Translations under genes and position numbers: made by a program | NCBI GenBank assembly: GCA_964016885.1 | Contig: OZ024740.1 | Coordinates: 87,358,001-87,422,000 of the forward strand | DNA length: 64,000 bases | Source: Eledone cirrhosa | Lineage: Eukaryota | Reading direction: 5' to 3' | Shown here: positions 53,110-64,000 of the stretch, in pieces | How positions within the stretch are numbered: the stretch's first letter is position 1 | Layout of the letters: each line of letters begins with the position of its first letter | Notes under the pieces: generated by a model | Told to the model about the DNA's origin: nothing | Seen by the model: only the letters and a program-made list of their open reading frames with translations | The model's database searches: none

Positions 53110-53239
53110 CTTCCCATGGTCATATGATAAGGTTAGACACCATATTTCAGTAATGAATCACTTACCTAGAAAAGAAAATAAGACATGTAAGCTATAAGAG
53201 TTTTTATTCACACATAATTTCATACATATATTATATGAC
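53110..53239 (-). pseudogene. ATR: ATR-like exon, HEAT region
   Basis: ctttttgttttcag| ... gaag|gtaact. NYV*IKTLIAY vs ATR NNELKDTLILT; FITEIWCLTLS vs ALLHLLHCLLS. Confidence 0.5.
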
Positions 53240-53973
53240 CTGAAAACAAAAAGAAAGAGAGATTTTAAGACAGAAACTAGAAAGAAGTGTGTGTGTGTTT
53301 ACTGCAAGCATCTTCATGACAACAGGTCATTTGTTTATGATCCACATAAACAATGCTTCCCTTAGCATAGAGTTTGATGATGATAAAATAAAATTTGGGT
53401 TGGCATCATGAAGGGCATCCAGCTATATAAGAATTTTTTCAAAAAGACTTGCCCAACCCATGCTAGCATGGAAACACAGATGCAAAGATGATGATGATTA
53501 ATATGGAAGATAAAGTAGGAAAATGTATAAATGGATACCAAATGTAACGACTGACAAAATGAAGTAATAGTTGTTAATTATACTCTAACATGAACAATCT
53601 TAACCAGTCTTTTGATATGCACTGATTACAGCATTTTAACAGGAGACCACCCCTATGAAAATTGATAGAGCATTATTCTAATGGATGGGGTAGAGGGGAA
53701 AAGAAAATACAGCAAAATTTGCTTCTGTTCTAAAATATTTCAAAAGAAAAATAATTGATGATTGTTTCTGTCTACATCCATGACCACATATGGTCCAGTT
53801 AATTTCATTAAGCCACGTTTACTAATAACTCTAGGGATATTAGTGGAATCAAAAGAATAATTCCATAATTTATTGCATTTCAGTTAAATTTTTTAAGTGT
53901 TATGTAGGGGAATTTGTGGAAACAACATAATAAATAAGTATAAAACGCCATTTAAAAAGATCATTATTAATAC

Positions 53974-54358
53974 ATGGGATCTTCAAATGGATAATTAGCA
54001 ACAGATTGCTGAGCAATTCAAGTAATCCTCATAAAACTATCTTGAAAGTCTATATATGAGTTGCCTAAAATATATTCTATGATTTTTCCTCCTAACCAAC
54101 ATCAAAGTTGGCAAAAATTCAAAAGCTGTTTGAAATATGATCAAAGTCATATACCAGCCATCTTGAAATAAAAACTAGTGAAGCAAAACGGCAGCTGAAG
54201 TGCGACGTTATGTACTGTAACTAAGAAGTCTTATATCTATCTGAGCTTGAAAATGAAAGCCTAAGAATCTAAACTAAAGATCAATAATTTAGTCAGTTCT
54301 TTGTTATTTAATCAATAGCAAGCAACACAAGTGACAGCAAAAGTTTCAATTATCTTTC
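53974..54358 (-). pseudogene. ATR: ATR-like exon, HEAT region
   Basis: ttatttcag| acceptor. LPTLMLVRRKNHRIYFRQLIYRL aligns without gaps to ATR LLNLMEDPDKDVRVAFSGNIKHI. Confidence 0.6.
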
Positions 54359-54657
54359 CTGAAATAATCTAAACTGATAAGAGAAGCTGTTATGTGATGG
54401 ATAGAAAGCACAGTAGAATAGTGTTTGGAATTGTAGTAATATTTTCAACTATATATGTGTGTATTTATGTGAAAGAAGAGAGAGACAGACAGGCAGGGAG
54501 AAGGAGAGAAAGAGAGAAAATTTTAGTCCAAGATTATAGTATCAGGTGTTGAGTGAAATGTGGAACACCTAGGAAAGAAAAAGAAACAAGAAAATAGAAT
54601 GTTACATATTTCCCACTATTTTGTAACTGGAATTAAAACGACAATTCCATTCATTAC

Positions 54658-54824
54658 CATTTCCAATCCTGAATGAAATTTAACATGAATCCATGGGTTC
54701 ATTTCTCTCACAATGCCTCAGTTAACCAAAATTAGATCCCAATGTGTAGCTGTAAGAATTAGTGATATTGTCAATACATCTTGTATTCAATAATATCAGC
54801 TGATTTTCAAGACTATCTTCCAAG
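54658..54824 (-). pseudogene. Candidate ATR-like exon (weak)
   Basis: aag| ... |gtaatg; LEDSLENQLILLNTRCIDNITNSYSYTLGSNF; similarity marginal. Confidence 0.3.
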
Positions 54825-54866
54825 CTTTTAAAAATGTAAATAATGATTTTTTTTTTTTTTTTAATA

Positions 54867-55032
54867 CCGTATTTCCCAGCGTCAAAGATGCTTCGTCCTC
54901 GAGGATGCACCCTAATTTTGACAACCAAAAATTTGAGAGAAAAAAAAAAACAACCTTCGGCTTCCAGGACGCATGGTAGAATTTTTAGACATTTTAGGAA
55001 AAAAGTGGTGTCTTTGACACCGGGAAATACGG
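54867..55032. mobile_element. pogo/Tigger-type MITE
   Basis: TA|CCGTATTTCCCAGCGTCAAAGA...TCTTTGACACCGGGAAATACGG|TA. Confidence 0.9.
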
Positions 55033-55333
55033 TATGTTGAAAGTGAGGCTCCAGTACTCCTAGTGGTGTGTGACTGATTGACACAGTGTTAACTTAATAT
55101 TTTCTTTCATTGTGATTCTATATTTTCATGTGAAATATATATATGCAATTAAATAATAGAGACATAATATGTGCATATGTGTTGATTGTTAACAGCTATG
55201 CCATTTTGTGTTTGTAATTTCAAGCCTTCTATATTGTTAGCATATTTGTATTTTATTAGGCTTTCTTAAATAAAACTGAAAATGTTTGATCCTTTAAAAA
55301 AATTAAAGTATAAATCTAATAAGTTTCAAGTAC

Positions 55334-55620
55334 ATAGCTGAAGTACATCATGAGAAGTGTAATTTCTAGACTCTGACCTCACTCTCATGTATAGTGCAGG
55401 TGTCAATATGATTGTCGATATGTTTCACAGAAACGGACAGCACTGAGTGTAATATAAGTGGAAACATTTCCTTAAAGGACTTCAACAGAATTCTTATTTA
55501 AAGTAAATTTAGATGTTCCTATTTAAAGCAATTTATGTTGATTCCTAAATATCCCTTCAAGCACATTTCTTCTGATATGACAGTCTGCCTTGCTAGTTTT
55601 CTTTTCCAATTGATTTATCA
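55334..55620 (-). pseudogene. ATR: ATR-like exon, N-terminal HEAT region
   Basis: cccttctatcag| acceptor. IRILLKSFKEMFPLILHS...CTIHESEVRV vs ATR IRASCVSGFFILLQQ...VKDDSDIVKK. Confidence 0.45.
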
Positions 55621-56941
55621 CTGATAGAAGGGGGTAAAGGAGGGGGAGGATATCAATCAACTAGCAAAATACGATTGCAGGTCAAATTTCAAACATTGAA
55701 TTTCACCTACTACACACTAATGATCAGAATAAACCATATAGTGTTTGGAGTTCTACTATTTAAACTAAGAAATCTACTACTACATTAAAATCTGTACACT
55801 AATCAGAATGCTATACAGTCTCTTTCTAATACAGTTAATTGCAGATGTAAACAGTAGTTCCTGGCTGACAAAATAGAATACTAAATAGTTACAGATGCAG
55901 CAAGTCTATATTTTAGAATATTTCAACTTCATTCATGCTTCATAGTTACTGAAAACTGTCTACTAGAAGCTGCTAGCACCAACATTTCCTATAGCGTTAA
56001 AAGGAATTATAATAATCATAGAACATTTTTAAGACACAGACACATTTTGAAAACAACAAATATACTAAAGAACCAAGGAATTATCTACAATAATTCTGAA
56101 TACATATATACACAATATAAGTGGTGAATTGGCAAAATCATTAGAGCATCAGATAGAATACCAAACGATATTTATTCTAGCTCTTTGCACTCAAATTTCA
56201 AATCTAGCCAAGGTCCATTTTACTCTTCATCCATTTGGGGTCAATATGTAAGGTATCAGTCTAATATTAGGTATGATTCCTTTTTTCGTTTCATATCTTT
56301 CAATCTCTATCACTTTTTTTCACTTAGAAAGAAATTGACTGTATTCAAACCTAGAAAGTATGTGTTCCACCTGGTTTAAATTGCCCAACACACAATGCTC
56401 CTATGACTCCATCAGAATTTGAGGGCTCAAAAAAGAGAATGTACAGAATAATCAAGTGAATAAAGTTGCCAGTTCATTATCCATTAGAAAAGCTACTGCA
56501 TAGCTTTATGAAGTGCTCTAAAGAAAAGTTACTACATAAAAGAGTGTAGTTGATTAATTTGAATATTCTCAAAATCAGCAGTAGCTAACTACAATAGGGT
56601 TAAATGCGCTGATTAGGGGGAAAATATTGAGAGTCAGCTTATATTATTCTTTGGTCCAACAAACAGCATTCTTTTCATAAGGAAATATACAGACAGCAGG
56701 ATGGCCCAGTAGTAAGCTAAGTAGATGGATAATCACTTCATAGCAGAACAGAAATGCCTAATCAATAATTGTTACGGGTGTTTTAAGAAAACATCATTAT
56801 TCTTACTTCTATAGACTGTTTTCTGCCAATTCAACTGCATTATCAATCTTTCAACTTTATTAATTAAATATGAGTAGCTCTCAGCAAGCTGAAAATATGC
56901 TCCAGCTTCAGTTCAAATCATGATTAGTAATACTTTTTACC

Positions 56942-57003
56942 TTTCAGAAAAGTATCAGCACAAAAGTATATTTTCTTTTAATTCAGAAATTAATATTCTA
57001 CAT
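56942..57003 (-). pseudogene. Candidate small exon of the same gene
   Basis: gttttag| ... aaag|gtaaaa; open frame CRILISELKKIYFCADTFLK; no recognisable motif. Confidence 0.3.
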
Positions 57004-58199
57004 CTAAAACTAAATGCTGAGAAAACAGAAATCCACAAACTCTAAGAATACATCTAACCTATAGCACTCATCAAAATATAGATAACATAGTTTTCAACAT
57101 ATAGCTATATATAAAGACACACAAGAGTTTTTTTTTTAAATGTTTATAATAGTAATTTTTTTTTCATTCTTGTTTTTGCATGCTGTAACATGGTTGGTGT
57201 TAGGAAGGGTATCCAGCTGTAGAAAACTAGCCAAAATGCAGATACATGTGAGCAAGACTTGATCTCTGGACCTGATTTGTCTCAATGTGACAACTAGTTA
57301 CATCCATGCAAATGTGGAAAATAAATGTTGAATGATGATAATATTCTATGCTGGTATGGGTTGAATAAGAGTTTTATTATTGATTTTTTTCAGGCTGGAT
57401 GTCCTTCCTGATGTCAACTCTTATCTTTAGATATGGTACTTGTTCCAATATTTTACCCATCAAACTGCTAAGTTAATGGGACAATGCTTTGCTTTTGTGA
57501 GACATAAACAAGAAGCACCAGGCATTTAAACAGTATCAATGTGAAGACATATGTGGAGTCAAGTGCCCAAGCATGATGGACTTCTGCAGTTTCTGTCTAC
57601 CAAATTTCACTAGCAAGGCATTGATCAACCCAAGGCAATAATAGAAAACACTTGCCCAAGTGTTACACACTTGGATCAAACCCAAAATTATGTGGTTATC
57701 GAACAGACTTATTAACTACACTGTACCTATTAATAAAGTTTACAAACATTTTAAAATTCTATTAAATAATAATTATCCGAGTGTTAATAGATTTGCTAAG
57801 GAATTAACAATGTAACAGTAAAATAATAAAAGTAATTATAATGGAGATATTAACAAAATATGTGATAATAATGTCATAGATGTAAAAGTATTTTTGATTC
57901 AATGAAAATCTTTCTATGGGTATTTATTAATAATTTATCATCAATTGTGAAAATATAAATGCTAATTTTATTATAAATTTATTGAAAGTAGTAAAATGTT
58001 CAGCTAACAGTGAACTTGGGGTGGGAGTTGTCAGTTCATGCTATGACCCAGGTCAACAAACTCTCACTACCCAAGACCAAATAGTAGAATAAAGCATGAT
58101 GTTGTATAGCAATGAGATTTGTGAAAATAGATAGTAGAGGGTAAATGTAATTAGGCCTAATATAAATGTTACACAGATTTTCTACCACATTATAAAGAA

Positions 58200-58620
58200 A
58201 ACATTGTTAATGAGAAGTATCAACCATCTCAACAAACCTCGCTCCAAAAGAAACAGACTAAAAATAGTAGCTACCACATCCAATGCCTTCATTTTAGCAC
58301 ACAAGAACATCAGATACAACCGAACATTACACTGAACAACATAAACACATAACACATGGAAGATGAAAATAATAACACTTTAGGTACAACATAACATCAT
58401 ACATCAAAGGGATTATCAAAACAGTGCACAGGAAAACATACAGCATTGCACACACACACACCACACTTGATAAAAAGAAAGGAAAAACACTAATCTACAA
58501 ACAACAAATTACATCCATCATGTATTATGCCCATCCTGCTTGGAACACTCTCCGCAACAAACTACAAAAAATGCAACAAGCCAAACAGGGAGTCTATATA
58601 GTCATTTAATCTGCTAGAAA
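58200..58620 (+). mobile_element. I/Jockey-group LINE RT C-terminal relic
   Basis: LIYKQQITSIMYYAHPAWNTL...NKLQKMQ. Confidence 0.5.
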
Positions 58621-59187
58621 TAGCTTCCAAGTCTTTCTTGCAATACACATTACTATCTGAGGGAAAGTAAAAATTATGAATAATGTAATACTATATATAC
58701 TTCTAAAAGAGGAAATGGTCACAGTTGGAATGCCTTTGAGTATAGGTCTGCTCAATCAAGACTGACTTGGGATTAAACAACAATAAAAAAAAAATGCAAA
58801 ATAGCACACTTTGCAACATTTGAGGTAGTACAAAGAAAAGTCTCATAGAACATCTATATAACAAAAGAAAAATACTAAAAATGAAATACCATCAGGGGAT
58901 ATGAAGGGCATAATGCTTTTGCCACAATGAATGGCAACCTTCACAGACACTGTTTCTACAAAAACAATCACTTCTAACCATTAATACATCTTATAAAATA
59001 CCAAAATGCTATTCTCCAGCTCAAATGGTAAGTGGACCTCTGTAGATTTCACTTATGAAAGTTTCAGCAGTATGGGTAACATGGTAAACTTCTCATTAGA
59101 TTAATATGCAAGGGACTAAGTATTCCTGTCATATGACTAGGCTAACACCTTGAATTACAGATATGTGTATTATATATATTGCAAAGA

Positions 59188-59482
59188 CGTGTGGCTAAGC
59201 AGTAAAAGTATTCGGTTTATGATCATAAGGTCCTGATTTTGATTCCCAGGCCAGGAGACACACTGTGTCCTGCAGCAACACACTATTTCATGTTGCACCA
59301 GTCCACTCAACTGGCAAAAGTGAGTTGTACTTATAATTCAAGAGGCTAGTCTTGTCACACAATGTCAAACTGAATCTCCCTGAGAACTACATTAAGGGTG
59401 GATGTGTCTGTGGAATGCTAGTCACTTATATATTATTTCAAAAGCAGGCACTTTCGTTCATTGAATCAATTGGAGCCCCTTC
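59188..59482 (+). mobile_element. Degenerate tRNA/CORE-like SINE
   Basis: GTGGCTAAGCAGTAA head; TGTCCTGCAGCAACACAC...CCAGTCCACTCAACTGG block. Confidence 0.55.
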
Positions 59483-59894
59483 GTATATATTATGTGTGTG
59501 GCAGGCACCGCAAATGTCATATCGATACGGCTTATAAAGTCTAGAGAGGCAGTTCCCCCAACACACCTCACTAAACAATGACCTGCTGCGCTATGGTTCA
59601 AGATGAACCAGCAGTGTGTAGCATACTTAGAATAAGATATAGCATGGCATCAAGAAGGACAGCCAGTCATAGAAAAACTTGCCAGGACAACAAAACAGAC
59701 ATAAATATAGCAATGATGAATATCTCTTCTTTGTCTTGTAACTCCTAATGGAGTTGTAAGGATGCCATAGTGACATACAGCGTTTCTTCGGTATTTTAAG
59801 CCTAGTGGAGCCCATCCCTCCCTAAGCCTGACTACAACAGATTTCTTCCAGAGAGGGATAGAAAGTGAGACAGAGAGGAAGTGAGAAAGAGCCA

Positions 59895-60036
59895 TAGAGG
59901 AAAAATTGACCCTAGTACTAGACTGGTACTTTTTTTATCAACCTCGAAAGGATTTGAACTCAGAGAGCAGAAAGCCAGAGTGAATACCACAAAGCATTCT
60001 ATCTGACATTCTAACGATTCTGCCAATTCACCCCCT
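59895..60036 (-). mobile_element. Degenerate SINE family A
   Basis: CTGGTACTTTTTTATCAACC...GATTTGAACTCAG...TCTGCCAATTCACC. Confidence 0.6.
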
Positions 60037-60361
60037 TGATGATTAATACACACACACATATATATATCACAAATGCTCTAAAATATTTACATATCCATTT
60101 AAACAATATGGAAAGTCTAGAGTAAATATTTCCGGAATACATATGTTCCATACTTAGAAGACAAAAACGAAAATAAAATAGATGTTTAAATGGAATATTT
60201 TAAAAGGATATGAACTGTGTGAAAATTTAATTGATGAGTTGGTTATTAATTATAATGAATATTGTGTTCCACCTACAAAATTCTAGTGCTGAAATAACTG
60301 AAAGTAATTATTTTTTACTAAAGAAAATTTAGATTTGGAAAGTATTAAAATCTTAATCTAC

Positions 60362-60444
60362 CTTCAAAATCTATAAAAGTGTGGCAACAATGCAGAAGTT
60401 CAAAGTATAGCAATTGTGTTAAAATAGTTTTAATTATGTGAGTA
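60362..60444 (-). pseudogene. ATR: ATR-like exon near the N-terminus (open, 83 nt)
   Basis: ttcttatcag| ... gaag|gtagat. ILTQLLYFELLHCCHTF aligns without gaps to ATR IITRLLRIAATPSCHLL; a further candidate exon follows at ~60091-60272. Confidence 0.6.
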
Positions 60445-60730
60445 CTGATAAGAAGCCATTTACATGCATGGATGTGTGTCAACCATGGCTCTTGTTATAC
60501 TCATCATTGTGTGTGTGTGTTTAAGTATGTATCTATCCATCTATCTATATATCTTTATAAATAAAACACAGTCACGTTGTGCTACATTTGTTTGAGAACT
60601 GGCAATTTGATATCTTCCTCCCTACCTGGCTCTTTCACAACAGTGTTGACAAGATGTATCTGCACCTTCTTGCAATAAATAAACCAAATATGTATCTTTT
60701 TGTTTATCTATCAATATATTTGTCTACCTA

Positions 60731-61822
60731 CGCAATTGCACACTGCCCAGGCGTAAGCGACCTGTCGAACTATGCAGAACAACTGCTGTCGTGTATGGGA
60801 CAAATCCTGTTGACTGCCAAGTCCATAGTAAGGATCAAACTGCCAGCCTCTTTCAAAAACGAAAGAGAGGCGGTTTTCCTCTGTACAGTGGCTATGGTGG
60901 ACGAGATTGAGAGGACTGAGGACAGATGCCTTTCTCTCCGGACAACAATTGATTCCCTTCTTTAGGTATCACTTTAGAAGGAGAATCAGAGTGGAGAGAG
61001 GGGTAAATTTACTGAAAGGTGGGTGAATGAAGCGAAAATGGCCCGAGTGATTGGGACTTCTCTGTTTATAAGCCTGTAGGTTAAAGAAGAGAGCAAAAGG
61101 AAGAAGGGAGCACTTGCACAACACACTCCTGAAGTTGAGGGTTGTTCTATCGATGGGGTTATTAAACAACCCATTTGTGACGCTTCCCCCCTATTAGGGA
61201 TTTCAATTGTTATAATTGTTTGTTTCAATATTTTTACACGACTGTATGTAAAATCCCCGGCATGTGTCTTTGTATTGTCCCCTTTTCTTGTGCGCCCTTG
61301 TGGCAAATAAAGAAATATATCTATCTCCCTACCTATTTGTCTATCTATCTATCTACCGAGTCTATTGTCATGATCAAACCGCCACCCTCCTTCAAAATCG
61401 AAGGAGAGGCAGTTTTCCTTTGTGTGATAGCTATGGCGAAAGAGGTTGTATGGTGGACAAGGTTGAAAGGGCTGAGGTCAAACACCTTTCTCTCCGGCCA
61501 ACAACTGATTCTTTTTTTCAAATACCACTTTGGAAGAAGAATCAGGATGGAGAGATAGGTGCTGTACCCCAGAAAGTTTTATGAAAGGTGGGTGAAATTG
61601 GCTAGAATGGCCCGAGTGAATGGGCCTTCTCTCTTTATCAGCCTGTAGGTTGAGGAAAAAGAGGAAGAGAGGAAAGGGGTACAAATTCTTCGTACTCCTG
61701 GAGATGAAGGTTGCACATTTTTTCGGGGGTATGTGTTACCCATATGAACTGTCTCCCCCTATTGGGGAAAATGGACTAATTTTTTGTCCCATTCTTTTGT
61801 GCCCCTGTGGCTAATAAAGAAA
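60731..61822 (+). mobile_element. Two tandem 3' fragments of an L1/Tx1-clade retrotransposon
   Basis: Homologous C-terminal coding (AVFLC.VAM.KEVVWWTRLKGL) and a shared 3' end CCC[T/C]TGTGGC(T)AATAAAGAAA, each followed by (TATC)-like repeats. Confidence 0.8.
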
Positions 61823-61835
61823 CATATCTATCTAA

Positions 61836-63670
61836 TCGCAGCAGAACATCTAGATTGTACCTAGATAGGGTTCTAGTTAGAAAGAAGGATAGGGACATGT
61901 TAAGCTGTCCACAAATGTTCATGGTTGCCTATTCAGATCACAAATTAGTGACCTGCTTAGCCAACCTTGACAACACCCATAGACAGGGATCTGGCTACTG
62001 GAAGCTGAACTTGTCGTTACCGACATGCAAAGCCTACAGTAGATGGATTAGCACTTTAGTTAAGCAGCACTTGATGGGGGCCCATTCTCAACAACAGATG
62101 GCGGTACTCTCTCAAGAGGGCAGTTAGATTAGACTCGATAGGTTTTAGTAAAGAATTAGTGTTAGATAGAAATAAGACCAAAAAGGAACTGGTAGATAAA
62201 GTAGAAGAGGCACTTAGGAGTGGCAACATAGCCAGCGTGCTAGCGACGAGAACGGCCTTGGACCAGTTCTTCGATGCAAAGCATGAAGGCTGCATTGTCA
62301 GAAGCAAAATATGTGCTCTGGGAAACGAGGGAGCCAAAGCTGTTAGCTGGGCCTGAGTGACGCAGGCGAAAAGTGGCAACAAGTCCACAATTCGGTCTTT
62401 GAAGGGCCAAGACGGATGTGTGATACGTGAGCCGAAGCAAATGTGCGCGGCCTTTCAGTGGCACTTTGCTCAACTGTTCGGGCAGGGCGGCGCACCGGGA
62501 GGGAAGGGGCTATGGATTTTGGTTCATACCTCGACGGCCTACCGCGACTCTCGGACAGCGAGGCGAAGTTCTGCGAAAGGCCGCTGAGATAGGGGACGCG
62601 CTGAGCCAATGTGGCAAACGCAAATCTCCAGGTCTCGACGGTCTACCCTACGCATTTTATGTAGCAATGCCGGACTTGTTCTCCGGTCTCCTGCAACTGG
62701 TAACAGAACGGGAGAATTCCCAGTTCTGTGACCAAGGGCGTAATCACGTTAGTCAGGAAGGACGAGAACAAGGGGGATGACATAGGCAACTTCCGGCCCA
62801 TAACTCTGCTCAACACAGAGTTACAGATTTTGGCCAAGGTGTTGGCAAAGAGGCTGGCGCTTGTCGTCGAAAACCTGGTGGGAGAAGCGCAGACATGCGC
62901 AATCCCGACCAAGTCCATACACGACAACCTCCACCTCATGTGATACATCATAGAGAGGGTAGGGTGTAAACCCGGCTTCGGTGGGGCCCTGATCAACTTG
63001 GATTAGTCTAAGGCTTTCGATAAGGTTGACCATCGTTACCTGGATGCGGTGCTCGAGGCGGCAGGCTTTGGTACCGTGTTCAGGGGCTGGATTGCTGCAA
63101 TGAACAACAGCAACATCTGCTCAAGGGTCAAGGTGAACGGCTACCTCTCTGAGCTGTTCCATATATGCAATCCATCTGACAGGGATGCCCTCTCTCCTCC
63201 CTTCTGTACGTACTGACTCTCTACTGAGCCACTACTGCGGAAGTTGGAGCTATTGCAGGGCATGCCTTTGGAAATGTGCTATGGCTATGGTGAAAGAGGT
63301 TATATGGTGGACGAGGTTAAAAGGGCTGAGGTCAGACACCTTTCTCTCCGGCGAACAACTGATTCGTTTTTTCAAATATCATTTTGGAAGAAGAATCAGG
63401 ATGGAGAGAGAGGTGCTGTACCCCTATATAAGCCTGTAGGTTGAGGAAAAAGAGGAAGATAGGAAGGGAGTACTCACTCTTGGTGCTCCTGGAGATGAGG
63501 GTTGTACATTTTTTCGGGGTGTGTATAACCCCTGTGTAACGCCTCCTCCCTATTGGGGATAACAATTGTTATTTGGTATTTTATTAATAGTTTTATTTTC
63601 ATATACCTGTATGTAAACTCCCCATTTGTATTTGTCCCCTTCTTTTGTGCCCTTGTGGCTAATAAAGAAA
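61836..63670 (+). mobile_element. L1/Tx1-clade non-LTR retrotransposon, truncated with an internal deletion
   Basis: APE end (YLDRVLV...SDH, GSGYWKLN), KSPGLDGLP, FRPITLLN, LD*SKAFDKVDH and QGCPLSP; then jumps to the 3' end shared with the upstream copies; stops and frameshifts. Confidence 0.9.
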
Positions 63671-64000
63671 TTTATCTCTCTACCTACCAGCCTATCTAGC
63701 AATCTATTAATAACAGTAGCAGTCCAAAGATAGCTAGATAGGTAGAGAAGTAGCTACATAGATAGATCAAGGATAATACAAAGCAAGCATAATTTAGTGG
63801 ATATGTGTTTGATAACAATTAAAATATAAATGGAAGAAAATTACTGTAATTGATTTAAATTAAATACAGTAAGTGACAAGAGGAAGCATGGCAAAGAAAA
63901 TTGAGGATTAAACATCTTTACATAGAATGCTGTAATTAGGAGATATTAAATTAAATATTGTTTTACTATAAACTCTGTCATTTTCACAGGTGCTATATAG

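Larger units (their letters stand above)
70..60444 (-). pseudogene. ATR: Decayed, intron-containing ATR-like (PIKK) serine/threonine kinase gene; probably runs off both window edges
   Basis: About 20 splice-site-flanked minus-strand segments translate colinearly with human ATR (recalled sequence), from the N-terminus (right) through HEAT/UME and FAT to the kinase N-lobe (left). Many contain stops or frameshifts. Comparison by eye, no database search. Confidence 0.75.

Noticed and set aside
53110-53185. Minus-strand ttttcttttctagGTAAGT looks like a recursive-splicing (ratchet) site
   Set aside because: It lies inside the ATR-like exon 53110-53239, which has its own stronger acceptor and shows similarity on both sides. 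The TAG is more simply a nonsense codon, although cryptic use cannot be excluded.
63845-64000. Possible further 5' exon of the ATR-like gene
   Set aside because: Only a marginal match (MTEFIVKQ vs LLDFIQHI), with stops and a boundary at the window edge; not supportable.

Overview
AT-rich, repeat-dense eukaryotic (animal) DNA. The SINE/RTE repeat families and microsatellites look like an octopus (coleoid cephalopod) genome; this is an inference. No intact protein-coding gene is visible. The main result is that about 20 short minus-strand segments, mostly flanked by canonical AG/GT splice signals and spread from ~60.4 kb to the left edge, translate in the correct order into a highly diverged ATR-like PIKK kinase: N-terminal HEAT region, UME domain, FAT domain, then the start of the kinase domain. 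Many segments carry in-frame stops or frameshifts, so this reads as an intron-containing, decayed ATR paralogue or pseudogene spanning almost the whole window. The ATR comparison was made by eye against my recall of human ATR, not by a search. The introns hold three 5'-truncated RTE LINEs, R4/Dong-type relics, a tandem cluster of L1/Tx1 fragments, two tRNA-derived SINE families, a Helitron, piggyBac-, hAT-, mariner- and pogo-type MITEs, tRNA pseudogenes, mini/microsatellites, and two long inverted repeats that sit at splice sites.
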